Virus record (IMG/VR): IMGVR_UViG_3300028887_000002
Span: 148,278 to 212,277 of that record
DNA: 64,000 nt
Source of the DNA: a virus
Taxonomy: Duplodnaviria > Heunggongvirae > Uroviricota > Caudoviricetes
Direction: 5' to 3' (one strand)
This document shows positions 21,501 to 31,266 of the stretch, piece after piece. The first letter of the stretch is position 1; the number at the start of each line of letters is the position of its first letter. The notes beneath the pieces were generated by a model. The model had not been told where the DNA came from. It was given only the letters and a program-made list of their open reading frames with translations, and ran no database searches. The translations under genes and the position numbers were made by a program.

Positions 21501-22738
21501 ATGATGTGCAGATAGACGAATTGCAGGGTGTTAATGTAAAACCTGGACTTAAAGTCAGTCTGGAAGGAAGTTTGCTAACCAAGAACAGTTATTATGACGA
21601 TAACTTGTCATCTATAATAGATATGAATAACCTTGCCAACTGTATCATTACTCCACATATTAATAGTGACGAACTGAACATTAATGTAACATACTATTTG
21701 ATGCTACACGAATATGATGCCGTATTGAACATTCCGATAAATAATAGTTCAACATATAACGAGAAAAAGATGTATATGGAAAAGAACCCATATATTAACC
21801 ATTACAAATGCTTTGATGATAGTCATTCGGCTTTCCAATATGATAACATTGACTTTTATTTTGGAGAGGTTATGAAACCTTATAACGTGTTTACGTTTGC
21901 TAAGAGAAATGGTTTCTTTATCCCAGACCCGCAAAACCCAAATCCGCTGGGACTTGAATTTACTGACGAAAGCGGTAACATTGTAACATTGGAAGTGGCT
22001 GAAGCGACATCACTTGTCATAGGTAAGTGTACTAATGGTAGGGAAGAAGACATTCCACATTCATTTGATTTGAATGCACTTTTCGGCGAATATTCTTTAC
22101 CTGGAGTATCAAGAAGCACTTATGATACAAGCATTTGTTCGTCAGCACTATTCTATGTTATCGCAAAGGATGATGAGAGCAGGACATTGGCGGCATCACC
22201 GCTTATTGATATGATTGACTGGCAAGCACAGTTGGTGTACTATAACAGTGGCAATGACATTGTACTACGAATACATAAGCCATCCCTTAAAACTAGCATT
22301 AACACACCAGATGATGCCTTGAGATATTATTACTATTTCACTAAACCTTTGGTAATTTCACCTACGAAGGATGATGAAAGTTACTTCTTTGAAGTCGACA
22401 TACCAACTTGCTCGGCACAGCAAATCAATAGGTCGGGAAGCAATTGGCCAAGATGGTGGGAAATAACATTGTATAGTGGTGGAACTGCAACAACTAGCGG
22501 TATCACATTCATTAACGACAGCCAAAAGACTATGGCAGATGTACGCACATATTGGCAGAATCACTTTACTACTAATATCAATAACGATACTGAATGTCAA
22601 CTTTATTTTAGGGATATTATAGGGGTAGGACATTATAGTGAACACATACCAGTTGTCGATAATACGACTAAATGGAGTGATGACATATTAGGTGGGGCAT
22701 ATCCAATATATTATGACGGAACGACAGGTGACTATTAA
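15521..22738 (+). CDS. Very large (2405 aa) baseplate/virion structural protein
   Basis: N-terminal prealbumin/carboxypeptidase-regulatory-like fold signature (GVIIGRV....GFGVPNAKISVFIP; TTNSAGDFFLSGVPTGMQQVH). Asn/Asp/Tyr-rich, within the baseplate operon. Confidence 0.65.
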   Translation: MNSNRSYRVRTEVGQNSPNVLNVKIDNSFDILEILSLKLDQENLYHLPKSNYGVIIGRVIANKGFGVPNAKISVFIPKDSTEELTPLYTYSSPFSNGSDGVRYNLLPSMVNEECHQDVGTFFTKKTLLDNNTVIEIFEKYYRYTTTTNSAGDFFLSGVPTGMQQVHMDLDMSDCGVLSQTPRDMIYKGYNINQFESNVQFKKSTNLNNLAQIFTQNKSIYVYPFWGDTTDEDTNSTITRCDIEIDYEFEPTCIFMGSVITDTGDASLSKKCQPDIMLGKMSNMVTGEGSIEMIRKTPNGKVEEYSVKGQKLIDGNGVWCYQIPMNLDYVTTDEFGNLVASDNPNKGIATRTRVRFRISMMDIDDDSIARKRARYLVPNNPLLDSTYYPEFNRNHEFDYEFGSLTADENFRDLYWNKVYTVKSYIPRLQKKTNTKRKNFTGIKAVNHYGDNNPMPYNNIQIKFNFAYRFMCTLLMFTLVLVAIINRTISPLGVALFKVGRILFRVGKMFSNGEPDAFIENRDDSVNDNADNGKGKGLMTAGCRLMRTGLSMCIGFESDLCDEIGGLAITTFYPGITPKFYELKMAPGSAGNIIGDNENYGNACIENGWFQATNNDPLYTDISGIMNCIENSLAAENEVISFNFHNDWVNGVLYFPLWMRVIRPKKKFFFNLFTRKAKDTYCNASRSPKGRGLKIYQPCAPIRELDDNNRESLPPLFNGYQGAAYNPNGLGGGGGHIYMHTNRWLDITDYYMGIGNESNGYRFKSHKKTIGMLKTDNGIIVERETKLGQYVYYYSCGEYQEARGGAYPFQSGTDVIKTLFATDIVLLGSLDKCDSDGVPQFFKELPSTTYNMPPSLLSLDYEVDDTGDIPNSVNSTDEDRNDDIMEAIKPETLHTEYSGADWGDSSYDLHYDNRPYHPFTLFPSGYDWTIGGMIRNIINFTHGNTTRPISIPVIPGGEQFDNGGLFYGITCNSSYVKPKSCINLSRQCEFGVTLDQSIDIPGDLTRVENDNSYGLLLPDGFISYDEIANHDGRSMFATMNYDLLKYRFDERTGYKKVDFRHKTVDNFDGSLSRLMKNEHGGYGNPSPNERNYVDNYKLETASRDYLNFRFGDKNVNYYRINGRFLGKPVDKRIPQYRNSFYFYFGLKEGKTAIDRFKAEYYGTCPANSGEYAVKVKYRANEWCINEPHSGAYVALYARDIVLPYTVSFLNNDDLTAEVIDSDGYIENEKVYFASEPIEELESEGYFRVNKHLPNAHYTVTIVDAESNVTNIEIAFVVPVIDAQVGAINFTKTNDELFNDPNIDYSTIANDTTTIDSTSREIGGCIAISNINTNSVSDVVRVKVAPANPSDFPSTDPLGIYTGFEYRIVLGSSYSGWYDNQGTAVGNMGKIKYDETIDTFLITLPKGGVSYKVTLISLCDDEETENQTISNVYVDEGSNNILLVNDIDYRLFSNFESGVDNDGVFDSSDIRGWVDIDNLSYSDSTNFTPQALVQTKLIDRLSLATQPSGGDVVDTAELLSSETVTGSNSSYRWTSEYRLPLTDLPVDIQSYESIPTTNDGLYIYYEYNLVNWEQYPRPEDWVFSDNDTYATINDSNADDTFHTWRRIGTDENNYVYRHYTIEPHKELYKWNGTSYEQVLDGDNNPVSDYQDDPNFDYAGYYDGMDGAGKESWIELINECIDKRYDVVMKMKDAFWIQDYQEGQQDNDGNTLLLSTIGYDIPYTKVIKYTDYMDNLSLPVQPTPSVQQYETTSDNKPHIWYPLVDMSDNNTLIWNNKLPYAVGVKCGNGTKLPTTINPNTDINTTNKTEILSQFTKVLYMNKTFDFRYVCWGETGDTNSGFYRVWDYDARPSSVTPAIPGSNSLNPIVKNGIFAIAIENGIINSDIDYNNNARVNFISQKITNTTTNVETELNICNFRDYTTNMYDTESRMPTRRTLVEDFSLIDESITDLANDSNTNPTLNNYRVWENDNNGLQLQTFPRSSTDCYSVEFTHHYMGDDVQIDELQGVNVKPGLKVSLEGSLLTKNSYYDDNLSSIIDMNNLANCIITPHINSDELNINVTYYLMLHEYDAVLNIPINNSSTYNEKKMYMEKNPYINHYKCFDDSHSAFQYDNIDFYFGEVMKPYNVFTFAKRNGFFIPDPQNPNPLGLEFTDESGNIVTLEVAEATSLVIGKCTNGREEDIPHSFDLNALFGEYSLPGVSRSTYDTSICSSALFYVIAKDDESRTLAASPLIDMIDWQAQLVYYNSGNDIVLRIHKPSLKTSINTPDDALRYYYYFTKPLVISPTKDDESYFFEVDIPTCSAQQINRSGSNWPRWWEITLYSGGTATTSGITFINDSQKTMADVRTYWQNHFTTNINNDTECQLYFRDIIGVGHYSEHIPVVDNTTKWSDDILGGAYPIYYDGTTGDY

Positions 22739-22753
22739 ACCATAACAATATAA

Positions 22754-25700
22754 ATGTTTGATATAATGGAAATAAGGCGAACAGAGACAAATTCGGTCAA
22801 CAGCATAAACCTTGACAACAACATTAATGCTGAAATTATTCACACGTCAAGGCCAATGCCATTTGATAGCACTACGACTACTATCAATTCATATGAGGTT
22901 TTTATGAACGAGGCTGATTCGTGCGACAAGTATCGTCTTTTACTGAAAATCAACCCGTTCTGTACAAACATATTGTTTAACTCGTGTACTGAAATAGTTA
23001 AGAACGAAGGCGGCGGTAATAATGACGGTATTGAAACGGTATTGGACAATAGTATAAGTGCATATACCCCCGACTGCCCTAACGCTTACGGCAAGTACAG
23101 TAATATAAGCAGGGTTGATATGATAAGCAACACTGAGTATTCCAGAGAAGAAATAGGGTATACTTACCACCCTGGGTATGATATATTTGACAATCACATT
23201 CTACGCAACAGAAGTTATAATATTGTTAACTACATATTAAGTGGCGACAGGGAAAGAAACCATTTCAATACGATAAGCGACTATTCAAGATACAATGACG
23301 GCAGTCCAGTATTTATAACACCAAGACGGTTTACAGCAAGCAACAGTAACCCATTTACTGCGGACGTAAGGATTAAAAAGCATCTATATAAGGTTGACGA
23401 TTTGTATTCGTTCTTTGAATTGGATTCAGTCAATGAGAATCTCCGCGAGGAAAACGGGTGGTATGGATTCAAGAATACGACAGTAATTGAAAGCGTAGTT
23501 CCGCAATTAGTCGATGTAAATGAAAGACCTATGGATGTGAATAGGGTTATAAACAGTCGTGGCAACTGTGATTTCATTGATATGTATCCCGACAGGACGT
23601 TATTCTCCTTCAACCCCAAGTATAACCCTTATCGCAGACGCGAGGAGAATAATTGGGACGTAATACTCACATACCCATATAGGAATACTTATAATCACAA
23701 TATAGTTTCAAACTATCGTGATGAAAATGGTGAAATTGTAGACCCAGAATACAGAGTTAATGGACTCTTGGTCGCATCCTGCCAAAATGTTATGGACGGT
23801 AACGGGTCAAATGTAACGTTGTTTAGGACTTTTTCAAAGCACGGACTTAACAGTAGGGATAGTGTAATGTTCTCATACCTTGACCCCGAAAATAACAATA
23901 GCAGTGATTCGGTTTATCAAACCTTACCAAATACTTACTGGGTAACAAGGGTTGGTGACATTAACAATAATAACAAGGAGAACTTCTTTTACTTATCCGA
24001 TTATAATTTCTTAAACGACCTGTTTAGTGGTAGGATATTGGAAACATTTTATCATCCACTTGGTTCAGTATACACGGAAGACGTTGACTATGAACACACC
24101 TATGGCTCAGAACCCAATACAATCCCAAGCGACAATGGCGGTGTGATATTGATTTATTCATACGAAGTTGGCGGTGGCGGAGGCGTTGAATTGTCTGAAG
24201 TTCCAACGAATGCTGATGAAAACTCTGTGGAAAATATTACTGTTGATGGTGTGAACTACATATTAACCAGTACTTACTACGAGGTAGGTGATGGTGAAAA
24301 TCCTCCAAGTGTTATATTAAGCAATATCCTTTCAAGGATGAAGTTTAGGGTTTCAAGGGTCTACAAGGGCAAGAAGTCCGATTACTACATAAGGATATTC
24401 CGCAAACTCCCTAATTGGAAATACAGCAGAGAACAATTGACGGAATATGTTTCTGAAAACAGGAATTTGATGTATGAATTTACTTTGAGAAACGCTTGCA
24501 ATGAAGACGGTCATAACATTTTATTCAACCATTCCGTAACGCCGATGGCATTCAGTAATACAATTTATAATGATGCTGTTACACAATATCTTTTTACCGA
24601 CAGCATACAGGCTGAACACATCAAGGACAATCGTGGAAGGCCATTGTCATCATTTTACATAACAGTATTAAAGTCCAATCGTGGCTATCGTGAATGGTAT
24701 GGGCTTGGTACTAGCCGTAATATTGGTTCCGATAATGTTGAATACTCCCACTGTTTCGGAAAGTTGCTATCAGGATTCAACTATTTAGCCTTAAGCAGAG
24801 ACTCAAGACTATGGCCTGAAAGAAACTATCTTTCTGACATAGGTATATTAACTGACAAGAATATTATGGACGAATCTTTATATGGCATACCAACCAGTGC
24901 AAACGAATGGGTTGGGTTGCCAGATGATATTGGCATTAGCAATGATGAATTTGTTGGCGACATTTGCGAATGGAATGATTATGAATGTATTGAACGTGTA
25001 CTGGAAAAAGTTTGCTATCGTTTCAATACAGTACAGAGGGAATATGGCAGTGAGTTGTTGGATGATTTTAATTTTACTGACCACGAACTGACCAGTGACG
25101 ATTATGATATGGGTGGAAACGGACAAAACTGGGGTGGATTTAATGTTACGACATATGACAGGTATTCGCCTAATTTTCAGAATATGCTTACCAAACCCGA
25201 AGGGTATTTCTATAATCCCCACTATGAAGTGGTTATCAAAAAGTTCAGTAATACAATAAGTCAAGGTTCGCACGAACTTTTAAGTATCAAGAAAGCAACT
25301 CCCACTCAAGCAGACGGTATATTTATTAGGTTGGAGACGTATGGGAAACACAAGTTGACTTCAGAAGATTCGGTTTACTTATGTGATGATGTTTCACATT
25401 TGTGGTACTTGAATGATGTCGTCTATATTGACAGCCCAAATTCGTTTGTAATCAATATAATCCCAAGGGATATTGAACAAGTCGAAGAGAAACCTTATGT
25501 AGACTGGATAACAACTTGCGAAAACATCAATGGCGGTCTGTGGAAAGTAAGAGTTAGAAACAAGTCTATCCCCCGATATGCTTCAAATATTAGCGTCAAT
25601 ACATTCCTATGGCGAGATATATTGTCAAGCGTTGGTTCCGATTCGCTTGGCTATCCGTTTGCAAATGGATATAATTATATTGAACAAACTATTAATTTCT

Positions 25701-25873
25701 TCCTGAAACGCCAAGACCCATATGGATATAACGGTTTGTATTATGTACAAGCACCTGCTGATAGTGACAGGGAGTATTTGGCGAATAGTATGTTTCCTGA
25801 TGTGGAAGGTACGAAACCTATATTGGAAACCATATCATATGATAATTATATTATACCCGATGGTTTATGTTAG
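22754..25873 (+). CDS. Large virion structural protein (1039 aa)
   Basis: Long open frame co-directional with the baseplate operon; Tyr/Asn-rich. Confidence 0.6.
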   Translation: MFDIMEIRRTETNSVNSINLDNNINAEIIHTSRPMPFDSTTTTINSYEVFMNEADSCDKYRLLLKINPFCTNILFNSCTEIVKNEGGGNNDGIETVLDNSISAYTPDCPNAYGKYSNISRVDMISNTEYSREEIGYTYHPGYDIFDNHILRNRSYNIVNYILSGDRERNHFNTISDYSRYNDGSPVFITPRRFTASNSNPFTADVRIKKHLYKVDDLYSFFELDSVNENLREENGWYGFKNTTVIESVVPQLVDVNERPMDVNRVINSRGNCDFIDMYPDRTLFSFNPKYNPYRRREENNWDVILTYPYRNTYNHNIVSNYRDENGEIVDPEYRVNGLLVASCQNVMDGNGSNVTLFRTFSKHGLNSRDSVMFSYLDPENNNSSDSVYQTLPNTYWVTRVGDINNNNKENFFYLSDYNFLNDLFSGRILETFYHPLGSVYTEDVDYEHTYGSEPNTIPSDNGGVILIYSYEVGGGGGVELSEVPTNADENSVENITVDGVNYILTSTYYEVGDGENPPSVILSNILSRMKFRVSRVYKGKKSDYYIRIFRKLPNWKYSREQLTEYVSENRNLMYEFTLRNACNEDGHNILFNHSVTPMAFSNTIYNDAVTQYLFTDSIQAEHIKDNRGRPLSSFYITVLKSNRGYREWYGLGTSRNIGSDNVEYSHCFGKLLSGFNYLALSRDSRLWPERNYLSDIGILTDKNIMDESLYGIPTSANEWVGLPDDIGISNDEFVGDICEWNDYECIERVLEKVCYRFNTVQREYGSELLDDFNFTDHELTSDDYDMGGNGQNWGGFNVTTYDRYSPNFQNMLTKPEGYFYNPHYEVVIKKFSNTISQGSHELLSIKKATPTQADGIFIRLETYGKHKLTSEDSVYLCDDVSHLWYLNDVVYIDSPNSFVINIIPRDIEQVEEKPYVDWITTCENINGGLWKVRVRNKSIPRYASNISVNTFLWRDILSSVGSDSLGYPFANGYNYIEQTINFFLKRQDPYGYNGLYYVQAPADSDREYLANSMFPDVEGTKPILETISYDNYIIPDGLC

Positions 25874-27777
25874 AGTATAAGATAAATATTAATGAGTTGC
25901 AGCAGGAGGGGATAGTAAATATCCCAATATACCCCATAGAAGTTTATGAGGATGAGGAGAATTTTGAAACTATTGATATTATATGTTATTACGACCCTCT
26001 CAATGGAACAGTTAATGACGGTGACCGTGTAACCGCAGGGTTTACCCGACTGGAATATGTTGAGGACGTGGGAATCGTTGAAACTGACGAGACAAGAACT
26101 TATACTGCTGAATATGCGAACCCTGAACTCGGTTATTTTCAAATAACTGAACAGCGTTTTCTTGACTTGGCATTATCAAACATCATATATGATACTGATG
26201 AGAATGAACGTGTATATATAGATTTCGTGTTTGATGATGGACATTACTTTATGCCAACCGATGACATTGTGCTTTGGGTTCAGTTTACTTATAACGGGGA
26301 CATTTACGAATATGACTTTAACTGCTCCTATCACAGTCGTACTACATTGAGGTGGATGGCCGACCCAAACTATGAATATCTTGATTATTTTTTAAGTACA
26401 GTCTTTAACAACGACTATTATGAGTTGAGTGAAGAGATATTTGAAGACGCTGATACCCTCGATGAAGTGCCATTGGTCGCCGACATATATAGCCCGCAAC
26501 ATATAAGAACTCCAAATATTTACATTTGCAACGGAGAACCTACAATATGCAGTTACACTTATTATGAAAAGAAGAATGGTGAAGGTTCACTATACAATCT
26601 GAAATGCCATAGGGAACGATTGTTCTTTAAGGATGATGAAACAAGTGTAACAGTAGCCAAGACACTTAATAATAATGGATTGATAATTCCAATATCACAG
26701 TCCTTTGACGTAAGGACTTTTCAGGAGGAAAATATCAACGAGTATTTTGTTCGTGCTGAATCCGAAAGTGCAATTAACCCAATCGTTGACATGGAAAAAC
26801 TAACATACAAGCCGATGATACCAGTGCTTGATGAAAACAATAACATTATTGGATACGAAACCGCATTAAAAATTGTATTTAACCTTCATTTTAGAAAGCA
26901 CCGAGGTGAGAACTGGACTTGTTCAAATGAAAGCCTTTGGAATGGTATTGATGATGATGGTGAGTTTTTACCTGATAACTTTAGTTTTGATAATAAGTCC
27001 GACCAGTCTGATGTATTATGGTATTTAGGGTTTAGTGATAGTGACGTAAGATATCAGAAATCCAAACTTAAGAAGTCTTTCATCCATATTTCATTCTACG
27101 ATAGTATGGACAGTGGCAGTCAGAACCTACTTGCCTATTCAACGGCATATCTGGATAGCGGTTACTTATATTCAAAGGATATAAAATGTAATGAATTTAG
27201 CCCATACAGGTCGGTTGAAGGATTTACCGAAGAAGAGAGTGACCCGTTGACTAACATTGAAGGTGTGAGAACCTACACTGAACCTTACGGGGATGAAGTG
27301 GAAAGTTTAACTGACGACAAAAAAGAAGAACTTAGGTTGAGTTCAAGGATTGTAATTGAGGGTGAGAGCAATACCAAGACATCAAGTGAGGGATACAACC
27401 TTTACCTATGGAGTGATGATAGCACAAGAGTACCAACTGACATTTATATGAAAGTTGAGTTTAACCATGCTGGCTACGGAAGAATAATTCCTCTTATGAT
27501 GCCTTATATATACAATGAAGAACAAATGGGCATCAAGACCTTTGAAGACATAAGAAACGACTGGGTTGATGGTGATGGGTATGGTATAAAACTATATAAT
27601 AAGTATTCCTACATACATTTCAAGTATAGATATGATGAATACTCAAAGAAGTATATTTATTATATGGACAATGAAACATACGGTACTGATGTTGGATACA
27701 ATGATAAGAATTGTATTACAATAAATCTGTATGAAGCAAAAGTTTCGTTTATGCCCGCTGATGAAAATAACAGTTAG
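25867..27777 (+). CDS. Virion structural protein (636 aa)
   Basis: Acidic ORF overlapping the upstream gene by 7 nt, in the baseplate operon. Confidence 0.6.
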   Translation: MLEYKININELQQEGIVNIPIYPIEVYEDEENFETIDIICYYDPLNGTVNDGDRVTAGFTRLEYVEDVGIVETDETRTYTAEYANPELGYFQITEQRFLDLALSNIIYDTDENERVYIDFVFDDGHYFMPTDDIVLWVQFTYNGDIYEYDFNCSYHSRTTLRWMADPNYEYLDYFLSTVFNNDYYELSEEIFEDADTLDEVPLVADIYSPQHIRTPNIYICNGEPTICSYTYYEKKNGEGSLYNLKCHRERLFFKDDETSVTVAKTLNNNGLIIPISQSFDVRTFQEENINEYFVRAESESAINPIVDMEKLTYKPMIPVLDENNNIIGYETALKIVFNLHFRKHRGENWTCSNESLWNGIDDDGEFLPDNFSFDNKSDQSDVLWYLGFSDSDVRYQKSKLKKSFIHISFYDSMDSGSQNLLAYSTAYLDSGYLYSKDIKCNEFSPYRSVEGFTEEESDPLTNIEGVRTYTEPYGDEVESLTDDKKEELRLSSRIVIEGESNTKTSSEGYNLYLWSDDSTRVPTDIYMKVEFNHAGYGRIIPLMMPYIYNEEQMGIKTFEDIRNDWVDGDGYGIKLYNKYSYIHFKYRYDEYSKKYIYYMDNETYGTDVGYNDKNCITINLYEAKVSFMPADENNS

Positions 27778-27789
27778 ACAAGATTGACA

Positions 27790-30294
27790 ATGCAGACATT
27801 CAAGGTTACGATAAATAGGGAAGATTTAAGGTCGAGGGTTTGCAGTCTGTTTCCGTATTGTGAAATGGACGAGAACGGTGTATGGTCAGTACAGCAGGCA
27901 ACAAGTTCGATAGATGGTAGTTACGGCCACTTTATGGCTAACATAAGATTGCCTTACGATATAAATCTCTCAATATACGAGGCCATTTCAGATATCGCTG
28001 ATTATGATAGTTGGGATAGCACTAACACAATACCTTACACTTGCCAGTTGCCAATTGGTAACTACAATAGTCCTGAAATAATCCGCAGGGTTGAAAGTTA
28101 TACATATGTTGAACGCACAGAAGACATTGACACTGAACTGTATATTGAATACGAGCCATTACCTATGGCCACTTATAATAGCGAGGAACACATAAAAGTT
28201 CCGATTAGAAATAACTACGGAATACTGGTAAGGTGTGATGATGAGTTGGCTTACAGATATTACGACAAGGAACCAGTATACGGATATTATAGAAGAAACG
28301 ACATATTGGTCGGCGACAATGTCTATAGTTACAGGACTTTAATGAACCACTATTATGCATATCGAAACATATTGCATAAGACCAATCCCTTTATAATGTT
28401 TATTGAGAGAGGTATTGGTAGGATTGAAGTTGACAGAGTTGCATTGGGGCTTGATGACTATGAACGTTATCCTCTTGTACCAGATATAATATATTATTCC
28501 GAAGCAAGGGACTTGTCAAACGAATACTACAATTTAGCAAGGTTGTGTGATATGTACAACCAAATGATTCAACAGGATTCAACTTTCTATGATTCTGAAA
28601 TGTGTTGCAAATGTACAAGGTACGAACAGATGGGTGGCGATATAATGCTTAACTACCTCAATAATTTGGAAAGGGTGGCAATGGAAATAAGTGCAGAATA
28701 TCTTTCATACGCAGTTGACGACAAGACTAATGCTCCATATGAAGGGTTTCCTTCTAACTACATAGACTTTTCAATACGGCAGGAGTATAGCGACTTGGGC
28801 TATATGAGTTCATATGTAAATGAATTCATACCAGGCAACCGTTACTATCACGGGGAGTATCTGACTTATAACGGAGAAACTTATATAGTCCAGTTGAATA
28901 GATACAGGGAAGGCAGTGAGGATAATTATCCTTTCATATTGATGAACGGGGAATATTACCAATTGATTGAAAATGCTCAGGATTATGCCAATACTCCATT
29001 AAATTTCTATTACTATGTTGGTAATGAACCGCTTGAAGAAATAGCAGAACAACTTTCGCCCGAATATGATGGTATTGTCCACAATAGTCTATTCTATCTT
29101 TATGACGGCGTGGAACTTCACAATATTACCAACGACATCCACAAATATACTACAGGTATTTGGAACGAAACCACTGGCAGATTGGAATTTGATTCACAGC
29201 ATATCATTCCATTAAGAGAGTTTGTAACCAACGAAAATAGAATATGGTATGACAGCAACAATACTGACGGCAACAAATATAAGTTGTTTAACGAAGTTAC
29301 ATCACAGTGGACAAACATAGGGCAACTTGATGTTTACAATGGTGAATACTTGATGCAGAACGGCGCCTATTACCGATGGGATAGTGAAAGCCGACGTTAT
29401 GTACAATTAGATAGTGACTCAAACTTCCCAGACGTTTATACAGTAAGAGGTATTGCTGACAGCAAGTTGTTCGGTTTGAGGGGAAGTGTGCAATATACCA
29501 ACTCAAACGGCGAGGTTGAAACGCCAACTACTGGATACGACTGGCTGTTTTATTATAGAATAAACAGGGTTGAATCCTATCAGGTTACAACTGACGAGAA
29601 CGGAAATATTACAATGTGGCGCGATGAAGAATTAGAACCAGGTGATACGGCAAGATATTTATATGCTTATGGCAACGTAATTGAAAGTATTACAAACAAC
29701 TCCGAAGAAAGAACAATTACGATAAAGTATATTATTGGTTGTCATCTTCTTGCGACATACGAGGGTAGCGAACCTAACGATGATGATACTTTGATTCATT
29801 ACTATTCAAACTTTAGATATGACGAAAATGACGAACACGGCATAATCTATACTGAAATCTACAGGTATCTGGAAGGAAGCGAACTTGATGAACTTTGTAC
29901 TACTGGTGACGATTTTACTCATTATGTAAGGGACGAAATTGATGAAATTGAAGATTTCTACAACAAGTATCTTTTCTATAAGTTTGAAATGTATTCAACT
30001 GGTGTTACAACTGTAAATTTCTTGTTCAACAACCAAAACATACAAAGACAGGTCATAACATCCGAATATGAGGAGAATGTAATAAATGATATTGACCAGT
30101 TGCATGCCCCGTTGTTCAAAAAGGATTACTTTATCGGAGTTACTTATGAACCAGTAGTACAAGGAAACATCAATATAGTAAGAGGTAATGCTGCCGCTTA
30201 TGAACGATTCTCCAAACTTGGGGAGGTAAGGACAATGGAAGACCTTGAAAATTATGCCAACGGCGGATTTTTCAACATACAATCCGATAGTTAG
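27790..30294 (+). CDS. Virion structural protein (~834 aa)
   Basis: Tyr-rich ORF ending I.RG.AAAYERF.KLGEV.TMEDLENY.NGGFF. ATG 27790 is preferred to TTG 27784. Confidence 0.6.
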   Translation: MQTFKVTINREDLRSRVCSLFPYCEMDENGVWSVQQATSSIDGSYGHFMANIRLPYDINLSIYEAISDIADYDSWDSTNTIPYTCQLPIGNYNSPEIIRRVESYTYVERTEDIDTELYIEYEPLPMATYNSEEHIKVPIRNNYGILVRCDDELAYRYYDKEPVYGYYRRNDILVGDNVYSYRTLMNHYYAYRNILHKTNPFIMFIERGIGRIEVDRVALGLDDYERYPLVPDIIYYSEARDLSNEYYNLARLCDMYNQMIQQDSTFYDSEMCCKCTRYEQMGGDIMLNYLNNLERVAMEISAEYLSYAVDDKTNAPYEGFPSNYIDFSIRQEYSDLGYMSSYVNEFIPGNRYYHGEYLTYNGETYIVQLNRYREGSEDNYPFILMNGEYYQLIENAQDYANTPLNFYYYVGNEPLEEIAEQLSPEYDGIVHNSLFYLYDGVELHNITNDIHKYTTGIWNETTGRLEFDSQHIIPLREFVTNENRIWYDSNNTDGNKYKLFNEVTSQWTNIGQLDVYNGEYLMQNGAYYRWDSESRRYVQLDSDSNFPDVYTVRGIADSKLFGLRGSVQYTNSNGEVETPTTGYDWLFYYRINRVESYQVTTDENGNITMWRDEELEPGDTARYLYAYGNVIESITNNSEERTITIKYIIGCHLLATYEGSEPNDDDTLIHYYSNFRYDENDEHGIIYTEIYRYLEGSELDELCTTGDDFTHYVRDEIDEIEDFYNKYLFYKFEMYSTGVTTVNFLFNNQNIQRQVITSEYEENVINDIDQLHAPLFKKDYFIGVTYEPVVQGNINIVRGNAAAYERFSKLGEVRTMEDLENYANGGFFNIQSDS

Positions 30295-30319
30295 AGTTGA
30301 AAAAAAATCTAAAAAAGAC

Positions 30320-30326
30320 TATTTAT
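30320..30326 (+). promoter_or_regulatory. Putative late promoter element TATTTAT
   Basis: GACTATTTATAAT, 19 nt before ATG 30346. Confidence 0.65.
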
Positions 30327-30345
30327 AATCATAGAGACTGAAATT

Positions 30346-31263
30346 ATGGCAGGAAACAATACATACGGCATAGTAAGACCCGCATTGATTAGTGCAAACG
30401 ATGTGGAGATATTCTATAACTATCGTCCAACAAGAAGCAGTGCCGAGGGAACATCAACGGCATTTAGGAAGATTGACGACCCTAACGAGATTTTCTCGAA
30501 CTCCAATATGAACGAATCAGAGACAAACGACCTCCGTTTACCAGGTATGTATACTCTTAAACTTCCTATCAACTACTTTGGAAGGAAAGGATTTTATACC
30601 GTATATATCAGACCGAAGGAAATTGTGTGCACCATAAAGGATATTGGAGCATTGTCGGCATATCCTGAAATTAGGGGTATTGTGTTGGATTTGAACGAAA
30701 TGGATGGGGATACAAGGTCAATATTCAATAATGATGACTTGGTTGGTTATAGGGTTGAATACTACGACTATTCAAACGGATTAGTCAGACAGGACTACTA
30801 TAGGATAATAACAAGCAACAACCTATGCGAACCAGTTTCGCAGAACCTCACATCTGCAAATACCAATTCAAACGGATATAGGTTCAATGCAAGCGGCAGT
30901 ATGTGTTTCCTTACCGTAACACCATCAACAAGCCCGTCATTCAAGGCAAACGCAAAGCCTTATATAGGAACACCTAACCAAAGGATTGTTATAAGCAATA
31001 CGAAGTTTGACCCCATATCAATTGATATTGAAATGGTTGACCACGATATTGATACGGTAAGTATGATGCTTGAGGGCGAACAGGTTAGAAATCTTGACAA
31101 TGGTCGTGTATCTACATACAACTGGAATGGTGAAATTTATCATCAGGATGAATTCAGCACTATCAAGGATAGTTACACTGGACGTAGCATAGCGGAAGTT
31201 AAATTGAACAAGACTGGTAACATTGACAACAGCCTTGACTTAGAATCATTGAAAGGGGAATAG
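30346..31263 (+). CDS. Conserved virion structural protein (305 aa)
   Basis: ORF after a TATTTAT element, directly upstream of the gp7/gpI-like wedge gene. Confidence 0.6.
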   Translation: MAGNNTYGIVRPALISANDVEIFYNYRPTRSSAEGTSTAFRKIDDPNEIFSNSNMNESETNDLRLPGMYTLKLPINYFGRKGFYTVYIRPKEIVCTIKDIGALSAYPEIRGIVLDLNEMDGDTRSIFNNDDLVGYRVEYYDYSNGLVRQDYYRIITSNNLCEPVSQNLTSANTNSNGYRFNASGSMCFLTVTPSTSPSFKANAKPYIGTPNQRIVISNTKFDPISIDIEMVDHDIDTVSMMLEGEQVRNLDNGRVSTYNWNGEIYHQDEFSTIKDSYTGRSIAEVKLNKTGNIDNSLDLESLKGE

Positions 31264-31266
31264 GAG

